In this document: positions 25,362 through 39,720 of the stretch, in pieces
Numbering within the stretch: the first letter of the stretch is position 1
How the letters are laid out: each line of letters starts with the position of its first letter
DNA from: Octopus sinensis
Lineage: Eukaryota
DNA: 64,000 nt
Assembly: GCF_006345805.1 (NCBI RefSeq)
Contig: NC_043000.1
Coordinates: 151,404,001 to 151,468,000 of the forward strand
Direction: 5' to 3'
Program-made: the position numbers and the translations under genes
Notes under the pieces: generated by a model
Told to the model about the DNA's origin: nothing
The model's database searches: none
What the model saw: only the letters and a program-made list of their open reading frames with translations

Positions 25362-26289
25362 ATATATATATTAAACTATCATTAATGAAAATAGAGGCGA
25401 GAGAATGAGAGACTGTTGCAAATAAAATGGAAAATTTTGCCTGCAACGAATATTGTTTATTAAACATTAAAATCTACTCCGCAGTGAATGCAATGAATAT
25501 TTGAATTTGTGAAAAACTTGTAGTTCAAATATTCAATAAACTTTCGAAATCGAAATTACAGGAAATTTCCTGGAACATGAATTTATAATAATAATTTTCA
25601 GACGGTCAAGCCTTCAATAATTGCTTTCTTTTAGTAACTGTTATATACCTAATTCACAAGCAGCTTTCTCCATTATAATATAGATAGATGATATCCAGTT
25701 CACTAATTGTGGTGAATCCTGGATCAAGCTCTGTCCCCAATCACTTAACCCCATAACAGCAAATCTCCCCCATTTTTGTTGCAGAAGTCAACTAACAATT
25801 CTTCAAACTAAATATCAACAACATTCGTTTGATTATACTGCGACACTCTGCAAAGGTCATGATCACTGTCCATTCTTCTCTGATGGTTAAATGTAAAAAT
25901 TTCTGGACAAAGAAAAGTGAAAGAGAGTCGTGTGGTGCTCATGTAGCTTGATCAGGGGATCAACAAGTCTCTCGGTTGATTTTCTTCATTTAAACTTCAG
26001 TTCTTAGCCCGATGGAATTTAATCCCGGAGGAAATTAAAACATTCCACGAGGGAATTTGGGAATTCCAATTAGAAAATTTATCTTTAGGCTGAAAAATAC
26101 TTTATTATTTTTCCTAGGTTTATTTTCCTTAACGTTTATTTTAAGGATGATAATATTAGCAATCAATTGCGTTGTATATATCACTAAGTTTCTTCTGGTA
26201 TATGGGCTGGGATGGAAGTCGGGATGGTAAGTTATAGTAACACGGTGAAATACAGAAAAGAGGTTCGTATGCATTAATATACACTAGTG

Positions 26290-26530
26290 CAGTGGTTTTC
26301 AACCAGGGTTCCGCGGAACCTTAGGGTTCCGCCAGTACAGTCCAGGGGTTCCGCCAGTACAGTCCAGGGGTTCCGCAAGAAGTTACAAAACTGCTAAAAT
26401 CGGCAGTAATTTTTAATTCTCCTGTGCAGATATGTGTGCATAAGACTATTAGATTATTGCACAGGGGTTCCTCGAGCCAGTGGAATGCTTCCTTGGGGTT
26501 CCGCTCCAGCAAAAAGTTTGAAAAGCACTG
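26290..26530. mobile_element. hAT-family MITE
   Basis: TIRs CAGTGGTTTTCAA / TTGAAAAGCACTG. Perfect 8-bp TSD CACTAGTG at 26282-26289 and 26531-26538. Internal 22-bp tandem repeat. Confidence 0.93.
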
Positions 26531-28746
26531 CACTAGTGTAAGGCATTTGTACACACTGGTCTGTGCCACAAGAAATACACAAGTACGCATATGCATGCTC
26601 TAATACACGTAGCTACACATGCTGAGGCCGGCGTGTACCCATTTGAATGTAAATAATATTTATACATATTATTTTACAATTGGAACACAAGAAAGTATAT
26701 GTGTACCTCCAACACCAACCCCTTCACACATACAAATGTAAAAATACGCTGTCAAAAAAAAAAGCATTTAATCCATTGATTTATTTGCATCTCGGAACAC
26801 TTAAATAACCATCAATTGCATTATATTTCAGATAGTTCAGTTGCAATAGATGCATTTTGGCTATTTAAAACTCGTATATACTGATTTCTGCTTTTCTCTT
26901 TTCCTTTACTAATATATCATAGATAAAAATATTTTGTTACTCCTTTACATTATATCCTGATAAGTCATTCTAAAATATCAGTTCACATACTTCATTCTCT
27001 CAAAAGTGTCTAAGTCTCTACCAAACACAAAAGTATGTCTAACACGAGTGTACTGCTTACAATTTTAGGCCGATGCACCCAATGTACTTATGCATTCCCA
27101 TGGCTACTCTAAACAATATTTTTCTAGATCAATGTAGAAAAAAATCTCAATTGTTAATTCTCTACATCAGTAACCCTCAAACAGTGTACCGCAGAGAGTA
27201 TCTAGGTGCGCCGTGGATTTTTAAAAGTAGAATTTAAGCTTTAAGATAATTCATACTAATGATTAATCATCTTGAAAACCGGTTAATTTATGATTTCGTC
27301 AAAACAATAATATGATTAATACAATATAATTAATAAAAAAGTATACAATGGGATTCTCTATAAAAAAATAATATTAAAACAGTTTTAAAAAACTTTCCTA
27401 GCGATGTGCATCCATCATTCTTTTTATTTGTTCGCCACTGCACCATGAAGTTCTCGAAGAATGAGGAGTCACGACTCTAAATTCACGAAGAATGAAGATC
27501 CATGACTCTAAGTTTACGTCTCTAAGTTCACTTTTCTTTCCCTTCACGCAAAACATTTCTAGGGCCCGTCTGTCTACCACTACTATTCAAACTGTGTCAC
27601 CATCTCGGTTAGCTCCAAAGTACCTCGTCATCTTCAGTCATCCCACTCCGGAACTACGTCTGGAGTTCTTTCCAGTCCCAAGTTTTCACTACAGAAATTC
27701 GAAGTAAATATGAACGATATAAACCTCGCTAATTCTCCAGTGTATGGTCGTCTGGGTCATTTACTTCTTTCTCAGATTCACTGAATAAACGAATACTACT
27801 GACTATTGAGCAAGACATTCAACAAGTTACACGCTTCCACGAAGCAGGCTGCACTTAGACGACCCAACTATTACAAGGTTATAATTTCTTTCAATCATAT
27901 ACATACACACACACACGCGCACACACACACGCATGCACAGATCAATTGTGTACTCTAATATAGATTATGTATATCTTGAGCTCCAGCAATTCAGGACTAT
28001 TCAAACAATTCAACTACTTTTCTAGATTCTCTCAAATACTTTGTTTTGTTATGCTCCTGTCCTGTTATTCACACCGACCAATATCACCGACGTCGTTTAC
28101 ACTAAACTTTAACTTCATGCTAAAAGCCGGCGCAAGTGTACAATACGACACTTTCTTAAACAGACCACTAAATATATCACGCATCGCCGGAACACATACA
28201 AGCAGGCACACTTTTGCGTATGTTATATTATGCACACGTTACATTACACAAATATACAAACATGGATTAATACGTACACCCACGCGACCGTACGCAAAAG
28301 CTTGTATATATATATCTATACATACCTAATATAATACATATATATAAATGCGCGTGTTGTATGGTTTAGTGCGTGTGTGCCAACGTATACTGAACTTATA
28401 TAGGATATGTTTAATAAGCATACGTTTACGCTCATTGTAACAATATAACGCGTAAATAAACCCAGGGGCTTCGACTGCTAAGAGAGAGGATCAATCTCTT
28501 AAGACTCATCAGGGATCGCTTACCTCACCTTTCAGCTTTGAGAAGAATGTGAACAATGTAAAGAATAACGTAAAGAAAGTAATAGTAGCGTAAAGAAATT
28601 TACATAATAGAACAAGGTTCACGGCAGGGATTTAACAATGAAGGTTCGAACAGAGCCTGGTTATGAATAGATGATACTTTTTGTTATAAGCTCACACATA
28701 TACATAAGCACTACGCATAGAAGACGGTATATACATATATGTATGT

Positions 28747-28777
<31 letters not shown>

Positions 28778-29034
28778 TATGTATGTATGTATGTATATAT
28801 ATATAATATATATATAATATATATATATATATAATATATATATATTATATATATATATATATATATGTGTGTGTATATATATTATATATATATATTATAT
28901 ATATATATATTATATATATATATATATATGTATGTATATATATATGTATGTATATATATATGTATATATATATATATGCATTCATACACAAACCGACTTC
29001 TAGTCATTGTGATGTGCACATATACATATATATA

Positions 29035-29085
<51 letters not shown>

Positions 29086-29426
29086 TCATACACAAACCGA
29101 CTTCTAGTCATTGTGATGGGCACATATATATATATATAATATATATATATATATATACACCGTCTTCTATCCAATGAGTGTGGATGTGTGCATATATACA
29201 TACATATACAAACACACACACACCCCATCTTCTATACATTGTATGTATATAATATGTACACACACATGCGCAATGTATAAACAGAAAACGTGCGCGTGCA
29301 CACTAGCATCCACTTTTTTCCGCTGTGAGTTTATAGGTTCTAATATTAGACTATTTTCTGTAGTCAATATATACAGTGTGAACTTATATTTACCAAGCAT
29401 TTTCACTAGTCACCGTTTCTTAACTT

Positions 29427-29630
29427 ATGCAGAATAGAACAGATCGCTAGCCACTACACATTCTTTATTTTCTCTCCTTGTTTCTTTCTGTGTTCCTATC
29501 TGTGGAAGAGCGTAGGCTCGAAACTTTAAAGATTTTTTCACTTCCCGAGCGTTATACAAATACATCCGTTTGTTGTCTACACCACCTGTCTTCTGTCTTC
29601 GTCGTCTGTTTTTTTTTGTGAATTCTCCCA
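29427..29630 (+). mobile_element. Short Penelope-like terminus with degenerate hammerhead
   Basis: CTGTGGA-A-GAGC GTAG GCTC-GAAAC at 29500-29524, then a pyrimidine-rich tail ending at (TA)n. Confidence 0.55.
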
Positions 29631-29657
29631 ATATATATATATATATATATATATACA

Positions 29658-30080
29658 ATTTAAAAATAGGATAAAATCTTTATAACAAATTATCAAGTAG
29701 TTTGCGTGAAAAACCTCATAAGGGAAAAATTTATTAATTATTCCCTTTAAATATATTTATTTACATTAAGGGCATTACTATACATAAATGCCTACGCTAG
29801 GAGGAACTCTTAAAGTCAAAACTATCATAATAAAAACATTGTACTTGAAGCGAGCCTTTTAAAAGCAATATGTGTCTTGATTATGCATGCACTGACGATT
29901 AAAAAGTGCATTTTATGCGCTAATTATGAAATCATATGATCTTCAGCTGAATCTGTTTTTAAAAGGCTCGCTTCGAGAGTTGCATTCCCTCGCGTTCGGC
30001 ACAATGTGTTTATTATGGTAGTTTTGACTTTAAGAGTCCCTCCTAGCGTGAGACATTTATGTATAGTAATTCCCTTAATT
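29658..30080. mobile_element. Penelope-like fold-back element with hammerhead motif at 29888-29945
   Basis: Inverted arms 29765-29841 / 30001-30079 and 29848-29864 / 29957-29973. Related to 49676-49936. Confidence 0.78.
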
Positions 30081-30098
30081 TATATATATATATATATA

Positions 30099-30305
30099 GT
30101 TAATCCAAACAAGAAAGCACACAAAAAAAACACAACAACGCGAGGACGTGGAACAAATATAGTATTATTGGACGCTCAGGAAAGAAGGAAAGAAGGAGGG
30201 TTTAACGTTTCGAGCGGAGCTCTTCGTCGGAAACATAGGAGAAGGAAAGATCCCGAGAAGGGAAGACAGAGGAAAAAAATCGCCAACAGTACACACGAGG
30301 TCACA
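30099..30305 (-). mobile_element. ~205-bp hammerhead-bearing short element, copy 1 of 3
   Basis: Homologous to 34037-34250 and 49433-49634. HHR at 30200-30234. Confidence 0.85.
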
Positions 30306-30349
30306 TATGTGTATGTGCATGTGTGTGTGTGTACTTATATATGTATATA

Positions 30350-31001
30350 CCAGGGGAAGTAAAAAATTATCCGTACTTTCGCCATAATATCTCTTGATGA
30401 TTATCACACAGACTTCTGTGTATGCGTGCTATTGTGGACATGTGATGGAAATCTGAGCCCAATCACGCCATTTTTCTTTCTGACTTTACAGTGTAAGCAC
30501 ATGGCCGCTCCACTAGTAATGTGCACCAAAGAGGAACAAAGGGTAGTGATCCGATTTCTCTGGTCGGAAGGTTTGTCAAGTACTGAAATTCATCGGAGGC
30601 TTTTAGCAGCAATACGGGGACAGTGCTCTACTGTGTAGAAGTGTGTAGTGAATCGAGAAGTTTAAAAGTGGCCAAGCGTGACGTGCGAAGAGGAAGCAGG
30701 ACGCCCGTCAACCTCCACCACTGATGAGTAGATTTTAGCAAGCTCGAGAGATGACAATGGTGAACCGGTTCACCATTACCATTTCTCGGATCACTGCTCT
30801 TTGTTCTACTTTGGTGCACATTACTAATGGAGCGGCAATGCTTATACTATAAAGCTAGAAAGAAAAATGGCCTGATCAGGTTCAAACTTCGATCACGTGA
30901 TCACAATAGTACCAGCTATAAACACGCATACGCAGAAGGTAGTGTGACAATAATAAAGATATGCTATGGCGAAAGTACAGATAACTTTTGACTTCCCCTC
31001 G
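30350..31001 (+). mobile_element. Mariner derivative built from two inverted left ends
   Basis: Ends TA|CCAGGGGAAGTAAAAAATTATC and GATAACTTTTGACTTCCCCTCG|TA. The start MAAPLVMCTKEEQRVVIRF is present in both arms. Confidence 0.88.
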
Positions 31002-31011
31002 TATATATGTG

Positions 31012-31553
31012 TCTATATATATATAAATGGCAATTTCTGTCTGTTTGTTACCATCTTAGTGCCTAAACCAGTAAACCAATATTCACGAAACTTTGCATAC
31101 ATGTTACACTAACATCCAATTCAATAACAGGCTAATTGAATTCCAATAAAAATCTATAATGTGCCCCCAGGGCACATTATAGAGAGAGGGTGACTTACAT
31201 CAGTGAAGGAGAGAACAGCTTTGGCAATGGGATGTAAACATTACTACAGCTGCCATATACACGCGACACTGCATACATACTTTCGTAAATACATAGATAC
31301 AGCACACACACACACAAAACGGTGGGTGTGAGGAATACGTAGCTTTAAGGAGAGAAGTGTTAGGTGGCTTTCTGCTGCCCATCGCAAAGAAACACTCACA
31401 CACACATACACATACATATACATATATACATACATACATGAATGCATACATACATACATGCATACATACATACATATGTCTACTATACACCATTTTAGAC
31501 TCGTGACTACCTGTGTGTACGTTTGTAAATGCGCTTGTGGTGTGTGTGTGTGT

Positions 31554-31643
<90 letters not shown>

Positions 31644-32210
31644 GTGTGTCTCGTCCTATAACTGTCTATCTCTACTTTTGTAGGGCCTTCTCTGCTGCTG
31701 TCACATATTGTGAGGTTTTAAAATTATGTCAAAATTTCCAAATTTGGTATATTGAAGTAATTTTCCACGTTAAATCCGATTTTGTTATTTATTTGTTCCA
31801 GAAAAGTTGCAGAAAAATGTTACTGAGGTTTAAAGTTTAATCAGTTTTACCTAATCAGAAAACAGGATTTGGAAGCTGGCCTTTTCTGCATGATAGCTAT
31901 CTATCACGACATGAAATCAAAATCATTAGGAAGAGGAATTTGTATTAAACAAGCGAAAGCAAAGCATTACGACAACCAAAGTTGAAGAAACTTCTGAAGT
32001 TTTAATGAATAAAGTCATGTGAAACGGTCGAACAGACATGTAAATAATTTAAAAAGGAAAAAAATCTTCAACGAAGTTTTTTGGCACAAATCTGTCCTGG
32101 TTAAGAGGCTTATCTGTCGGGGAAGGCATGCTCTGACATGGAATAAATAAAAATTTATATAAGACATTCTATTGTAAAAATTGCCTGGCAACGACGGGCT
32201 ATTCAGCTAG
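31012..32210 (+). mobile_element. Probable non-autonomous Helitron
   Basis: 5' TCTATATATATAAA start. 3' GC hairpin GCCTGGCAACGACGGGC followed 7 nt later by CTAG (32207-32210). Flanks are not the canonical A|T. Confidence 0.55.
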
Positions 32211-32243
<33 letters not shown>

Positions 32244-32439
32244 TTCACGTGATCGACCAGACTATTGGATGTTGTTATACATCACCGATCACATTACACA
32301 CGCGCGTGCGCTCACACACTTGCTGTAAGAAATAAACATTTTTTTTAACATTCTAATGTTTTGGGGCTTTGTTCTGTTTCTTTACAAGCTAGTTTATACC
32401 ATAGTGATTAAATTCGTATCGATTTTACCGTTTTGAAAA

Positions 32440-33465
32440 TGAGTTTAGATTACATTTATGAGGCACAGTTTAGATCACTCTTATGAGACACAGTTTTCTG
32501 TATGAACTCAAAAGATTTTCAGCTGTGGGAACAGCAATAAATATTCGTTATGCTTATGGAAATAAGGTTTTAAATGTCCGAAATACTAATGATGGTTTGG
32601 GCCAGTTTAGCCAATGAAATTTTTCTGTTAAATTATCCTTGCTTTGGACGACCATGCTCTGTCAATATTGAGGCTCTTAAAATTGTAGTGCAGGTAAATC
32701 CAAAGCAAACTGCGCAAGGATTAGTAAAACAGTTCAATTCATGTCGTACTTCGATGAACTCTGAAAAGTGTCTAAACTTAGTCAGTGGGTCCCTCGTTAT
32801 CTGACCGTTTTTCAGATTAATCAGAGTTTTCCTCTGCTCGTCGTTATAAAGTTGACTTTCTACTGAACCTCTTCTGGATAATCGTCACATGTGATGAAAA
32901 GTGGGTTTTCTATAATCATATCCAACGAAAACAATGGTTAGCACCCAATGAAAAAGGAGAAGCTATCCCCAAGTCAGTATTACCCTCAAAAAAAGTTATG
33001 CTCTCTGTTTGAAGGGAAATGAAGGGTGTCATCTATCACAAAGTGTTGAACCAAAGCGAAACAGTTAATTTGAAGTACTGTAGTCAATTGGAAACATTGC
33101 ATAATTTGAATTAAACGCGCCCATTATTGGTCTATCGTATAGGGGTGTTGCTCTTACACGATAATGCAAGACCACTTATTGCTCAAGTAACCCAGGAAAA
33201 AGATTACAGTTCTAAATAAGAAAGATTTTGCTTTATCTTCCTTACTCTCTTGACTGTGATCCAGCTGACTATCATCTTTTCGAGCGATTGCAACACTATT
33301 GAGAGGGAAAACAGTTTATTTATTGTGAAAAGATTAAAAATGATAGTCAATGTCCCCCTTTTTTTTTAACCTAAAGAATCTAAAGAAATTTATGCTCGAA
33401 GGTAATGATTTGCCAAAAAGAAGAGATTGACTTACCAACAAAGAGAGGAAATATTATCTTGTACG
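32440..33465 (+). pseudogene. Decayed mariner (DD34D) transposase
   Basis: FGRP, WVPR (~32787), VTCDEKW (~32885), LLHDNARP (~33150) and YSLDCDPADY (~33244), with many stops and frameshifts. Confidence 0.9.
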
Positions 33466-33680
33466 TATATATATATATATATATACAAATTAGTAAATAA
33501 ATGGCACAACTAAGTACCGATATTTACTGGAAATAGCGAACGTAAAAATACGACGCTAATGTGTAGCTTCACCGCGTATGTATTAGCAAAAATGCGTGTG
33601 TGCAACAAAATAGAGAAAAAAAACCGTCTTACCTCCAGGGAGAACATCTGAAAGATGAAACACCCGGAAAATGGATAATG

Positions 33681-33750
33681 TGGTACCTGCAGGTTTCAGG
33701 TTTTGCAAGATATGTCTCTCACCCATATTTTGCTTTACCTTCTTCAGCCA
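33681..33750 (-). ncRNA. Type I hammerhead ribozyme motif with canonical core, within a (TA)n-flanked element (~33485-33870)
   Basis: TGG-CTGAAGA-AGGT AAA GCAAAATATG..CATATCTTGC AAA ACCT-GAA-ACCTGCAGGT-A-CCA. Confidence 0.8.
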
Positions 33751-33879
33751 AACATATACCAAGACAAAATCTACGATGTTACCACATTAATACTAACACA
33801 CTCGACTGAAATACGGAACGCTAACAGTACGAGAAACGGTGAAGAAGTTTCAAAATATCAGTAATGCAATATATATATA

Positions 33880-33997
33880 TTGGCCTGCTCGCTTAGCCAG
33901 CGGGGTGGCGTCACTTGAAGGCTAAAACAATGCGAAGCGCATTGTGACCAGCGATGTGTAACAACATCTGATGGCCTGGTCGGTCACGGTGATCACG

Positions 33998-34001
<4 letters not shown>
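33880..34001 (+). mobile_element. Short retroposon tail (family D)
   Basis: Matches 11888-12003 and ends in CACGGTGAT repeats. Confidence 0.75.
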
Positions 34002-34036
<35 letters not shown>

Positions 34037-34037
<1 letters not shown>

Positions 34038-34249
34038 GTGACCTCGTGAGTACCGCTGGCGATTTTTTTCCTCTGTCTTCCCTTCTCGGGATCTTTCCTT
34101 CTCCTATGTTTCCGACGAGGAGCTCCGCTCGAAACGTTAAGCCCTCCTTCTTCCCTTCTTTCCTGAGCGTCCAATAATACTTTATTTGTTCCACGTCCTC
34201 GCGTTGTTGTGTTTTTTTGTGTTTTCTTGTGTTTTCTTGTTTGGATTAA

Positions 34250-34250
<1 letters not shown>
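34037..34250 (+). mobile_element. ~205-bp hammerhead-bearing short element, copy 2
   Basis: HHR at 34108-34142. Same ends as the other copies. Confidence 0.85.
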
Positions 34251-34287
<37 letters not shown>

Positions 34288-34779
34288 CAATTAGAACCAA
34301 AGAAGTGTTTGTTCCTTTACCATCCTGAATTGCGACAGGCTTTTCTTTCCAATTTATATATATCCAACAAACTCACTAAGCCGGTACTACACAATGATGC
34401 CAGATTAATAAAGGTCGATTATATTATTGCCCAACTTTTGACTTTGTAAATGTGATCCATGCAACAGTATTAAGAAACGCTTAGCTTAAGTTCGGATCAA
34501 GTAAAAACAGAAAAACATTTCTCTTAAGTTCAGAGATACGCTGTCGATAAGGTATGAATGCACCTTAAAGGTGTTAGGAGTGAAACAACTTATCTATTGT
34601 ACGTAACCATTTGATTATATAGAAATCAATGACAATCTACGTTTTCTTCCTACCAAAAGAATTTATCCGGAAGAGAATAAATTGTAAGGCATAGATGTAT
34701 AGTTTCTGACTAGGAATATATTTGTGACTCAATAACTGCTCGTTGCTGAAGTATTTAAATTGATACAGTGGGATATATA

Positions 34780-35195
34780 TTTCTTTACAACCCTCAAGGG
34801 GCTAAACATAGAGGGGACAAACAAGGACTGACAAAAGGATTAAGTCGACCTCATCGACCCCAGTGCGAAACTGGTACTTTATTTATCGACCTCGAAAGGA
34901 TGAAAGGCAAAGTCGACCTCGGCGGAATTTGAACTCAGAACGTAACGACAGACGAAATACCTATTTTTTTACTACCCACAAGGGGCTAAACACAGAAGGG
35001 ACAAACAAGGACAGACAGACGGATTAAGTCGATTATATCGACCCCAGTGCGTAACTGGTACTTAATTTATCGCCCCCGAAAGGATGAAAAGCAAAGTCAA
35101 CCTCGGCGGAATTTGAACTCACAACGTAACTGTAGCCGAAATACCGCTAAGCATTTCGCCCGGCGCACTAACGTTTCTGCCAGCTCGCCGCCTTA
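34780..35195 (-). mobile_element. SINE family B, dimeric form
   Basis: Two cores with the same junction as the other dimers. Confidence 0.92.
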
Positions 35196-36217
35196 TACAG
35201 CTATAGTCGGACCAATCAACCGCCGATGATTATGCAAATGTGTTGTGTATGACAAAATATTTATTTACATTTTATCTCGTAACCTTCCATTACTGTCATT
35301 CGGCAGTTTGAGAAGAGGCCAGCGACTTGCGATGAATTGTCAAATAACAATAAAATCGACAGATTCCAACGTCGTCCCAAGATGACGCAAAAGCTCTCGT
35401 GTGTTTAATTTTACAGCGAAACTAAATACATATGGATATGATTCCATTTATTTATTCATTCATAACCTATATTGTACAGCTACGCAAGTCAATATCAGTG
35501 ACTAGAAACTGTTTATGACTTTGATACAGGGAAATAAATCTATCGGTTACTAAAATTACTACCATTATACCTTAGTTTATGACTACGTAAACATACAGAT
35601 TTATATCCATGTATGTTTATATTTAGTATTGCTATGAAATTAGGCCCGAGTGGCTACTTAGGGCAATTTGCGATAAGGTTCGAAGCGACTGGTTTGTTTA
35701 TCATTTAGTAATTTATCTGACTTCACTGACCTCTCCCTCCCACATTGGGGATTATTGCGGCGGAAGTCTACTTATTTAATTGTAAATTAAACTTGTGAAT
35801 GTCACGATTCATTTCCATAATGGCACGAGATTACCGTGCTCTTTGCAAGATAATAAATTACATCCGGTGGTGAGGTCCGGGGTATATAAAGTTACCCACT
35901 TAATCGCTACAACACTCAGGTCCGCTCTGACCGGAGTTGGTACTATCCATCCAGAACCCCAATTATGTGTCAAATAGCAGGAAGTTTTTTTCTGTGACTG
36001 AGACATGCAGGACTCAGCGTAGAGCTGGCCCCTAGACATGTGGCCACACAGGCTCACCAGCGTGTGGAAAAGTCTTGATGGCATGTGTACCCTTAAGCAG
36101 TCTCTCTGCCTAAGGGTAAATAATCCTTGTTGCGTCATGGATAAAGCTTGAGAGAGCAGAAAACTAAGTGCTATTGCAAATAATCAACGAGAAACCACTA
36201 CTGTATCTTTTCAAAGT

Positions 36218-36600
36218 GGAGGGGCAATGGCCCAGTGGTTAGGGCAGCGGACTCGCGGTCGTAGGATCGCGGTTTCGATTCCCAGACTGGGCGTTGTGAG
36301 TGTTTATTGAGCGAAAACACCTAAAGCTCCACGATGCTCCGGCAGGGATGGTGGTGATCCCTGCTGTACTCTTTCACCACAACTTTCTCTCAATCTTACT
36401 TCCTGTTTCTGTTGTGCCTGTATTTCAAAGGGCCGGCCTTGTCACTCTCTGTGTCACGCTGAATATCCCCGAGAACTGCGTTAAGAGTACACGTGTCTGT
36501 GGAGTGCTCAGCCACTTACACGTTAATTTCACGAGCAGGCTGTTCCGTTGATCGGATCAACCGGAGCCCTCGTCGTCGTAACCGACGGAGTGCTTCCATC
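36218..36600 (+). mobile_element. SINE family C (tRNA-derived head)
   Basis: A box TGGCCCAGTGG and B box GGTTTCGATTCC. 13-bp TSD ATCTTTTCAAAGT at 36205-36217 and 36601-36613. Confidence 0.93.
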
Positions 36601-37162
36601 ATCTTTTCAAAGTAAATTCATGAATATTCAGACTTTGATGTGGCGGAATATGACTGTCAACGCCTCTAACGAATTTCTAGGGCACTGGTGGAGTGTGGTT
36701 TTGAATCAACAAACAGATATATGAATGTAATATTATATTCATTTTTGTCAGTGACTAGGATTTGAACAATAACAAATCTACTGAATTTAATCATACTTTA
36801 TTTTCTATTCTCTCACTAATCATATGTTATGACAGAACACTAAAACTTCCTTTATTTGATTTCTTTCTCACTTTGTAAACCAATCGGGAAGTCAATAATA
36901 TCAGGCATTTATAACCTTGAATTTTAAGCAATGTAATTTTTTCTACTTCGCCGAAATAAAAGCAAAAATTATATTCATTGAACATCAAAGGGAAAAGATA
37001 ATACATATCTAACAACATACTTTAAATATTCTAACAACCTAAGATACAAAATTATGTTTATCAAATAACCTCACATGCATAATACAAACATACACACATA
37101 CATACATACATACATACATACATACATACATACATACATACATACATACATACATACATACA

Positions 37163-39230
37163 TAAAAAGAAAAAGAAAATGCCTACGCTGAATTATTGAG
37201 AAATCTACAGTTATTCTAATCGAGGTTACAAGTTCGGGTTTATACTGCCTCAGCACTAATTTTGAGAAACCATGCTCCTCAAAACCAGAAACGAGAAAGC
37301 TGATTCAAAGACTAAAGATCCAAGCCTTTACTGGAACTGTAAAAAAAAAGATGTAAAACTTTCCAGACGTTTATCATTTAAGTACATATGAGCATATCTA
37401 GACAAGCAGAAATATGCATGAGAATGCATAGAACGAAATATATAAATCTGCACACACATACATACATACATACATACATACATACATACATACATACATA
37501 CATACATACAAATATACATACATACATACATACATACATACATACATACATACATACAAACATACATACATACATACATACAAACATACATACATACATA
37601 CATACAAATATACATACATACATACATACATACATACATACATACATACAAACATACATACATACATACATACATACATACATACATACATACATACATA
37701 CATACAAACATACATACATACATACATACAAATATACATACATACATACATACATACATACATACAAACATACATACATACATACATACATACAAATATA
37801 CATACATACATACATACATACATACATACAAACATACATACAAACATACATACATACATACATACATACATACATACAAATATACATACATACATACATA
37901 CATACATGCATGCATACATACATACATACATACATACATACATACATACATACATACATACATACATACAAACATACATACATACATACAAACATACATA
38001 CAAACATACATACATACATACATACATACAAACATACATACATACATACATACATACATACATACATACATACATACAAACATACATACATACATACATA
38101 CATACATACATACAAACATACATACAAACATACATAACATACATACATACATACATACATACATACATACATACATACATACATACATACAAACATACAT
38201 ACAAACATACATACATACATACATACATACATACATACAAAATACATACATACATACATACATACATACATACATACATACATACATACATACACACACA
38301 CATACATACATACATACATACATACAAACATACATACATACATACATACATACATACATACACACATACATACATACATACATACATACACACACACATA
38401 CATACATACATACATACATACACACATACATACATACATACATACATACATACATACATACATACATACAAACATACATACATACATACATACATACATA
38501 CACACACACATACATACATACATACATACATACAAACATACATACATACATACATACATACATACATACACACATACATACATACATACATACATACATA
38601 CATACATACATACATACATACATACATGCATGCATACATACGTACATACATACAATCATACATGCATGCATACATACATACATACATACATACAAACATA
38701 CATACATACATACATACATACATACATACTTACATACATACATACAAACATACATACATACATACATACATACAAACATACATACATACATACATACATA
38801 CATACATACATACATACATACAAATATACATACATACAAATATACATACATACACACATACATACATACACACATACATACATACATACATACATACATA
38901 CATACATACATACACACACACATACATACATACATACAAACATACATACATACACACATACATACATACACACATACATACATACACACATACATACAAA
39001 CATACATACATACAAACATACAAACATACATACATACATACATACATACATACATACATACATACAAATATACATACATACAAATATACATACAAATATA
39101 CATACATACATACAAATAAGCAAAAACACCCTGTTGGTGATGTTAAAATTCCAATGGAAGAACCTTGGATCTAGGTTAGAAACCGTTTCTTTCTCTATTG
39201 ACTAGAAATCTTGAAATAAACTGAATAATG
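37163..39230 (+). mobile_element. 3' end of an R4-like RLE retrotransposon, split by a long (CATA)n array
   Basis: KLIQRLKIQAFTGTVK..CKTFQTFII* at ~37297-37381. The terminal segment 39116-39230 resembles the terminus at 40750-40827. Confidence 0.7.
37452..39115. repeat. ~1.66-kb (CATA)n array with CAAA/CACA variants
   Basis: Read directly. It explains the 400-600 aa pseudo-ORFs. Confidence 0.98.
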
Positions 39231-39720
39231 ACATACATACATACATACATACATAATACATACATACATACATGCATGCATACATACATACATACATACA
39301 TAAATACATAAATACATAAATACATACATACATACATACATATATACATGCGTACGTACATACATACATACATACATAATACATACATACATACAATCAT
39401 ACATGCATGCATACATACATACATATATACATGCGTACGTACATACATACATACATACATACATACATACATACATACATACATACATGCATGCATGCAT
39501 ACATACGTACATACATACAATCATACATGCATGCATACATACATACATACATACATACATACATACATGCGTACGTACATACATACATACATACATACAT
39601 ACATACATACATACATACATACATACATACATACATACATACATACATGCGTACGTACATACATACATACATACATACATACATACATACATACATACAT
39701 ACATACATACATACATACAT

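Noticed and set aside
28461-28515. Minus-strand CTGATGA-stem-GAAG motif
   Set aside because: GAAA and stem III are not intact. At most a dead remnant.
36218-36292. tRNA gene
   Set aside because: It is the head of a multi-copy SINE with body, tail and TSD.
37328-39205. Long ORFs of 400-595 aa (MYVC/HTYI repeats), with similar ones at 17 kb, 19 kb, 45 kb and 48 kb
   Set aside because: Stop-free reading of (CATA)n/(TATG)n microsatellite; there is no protein signal.
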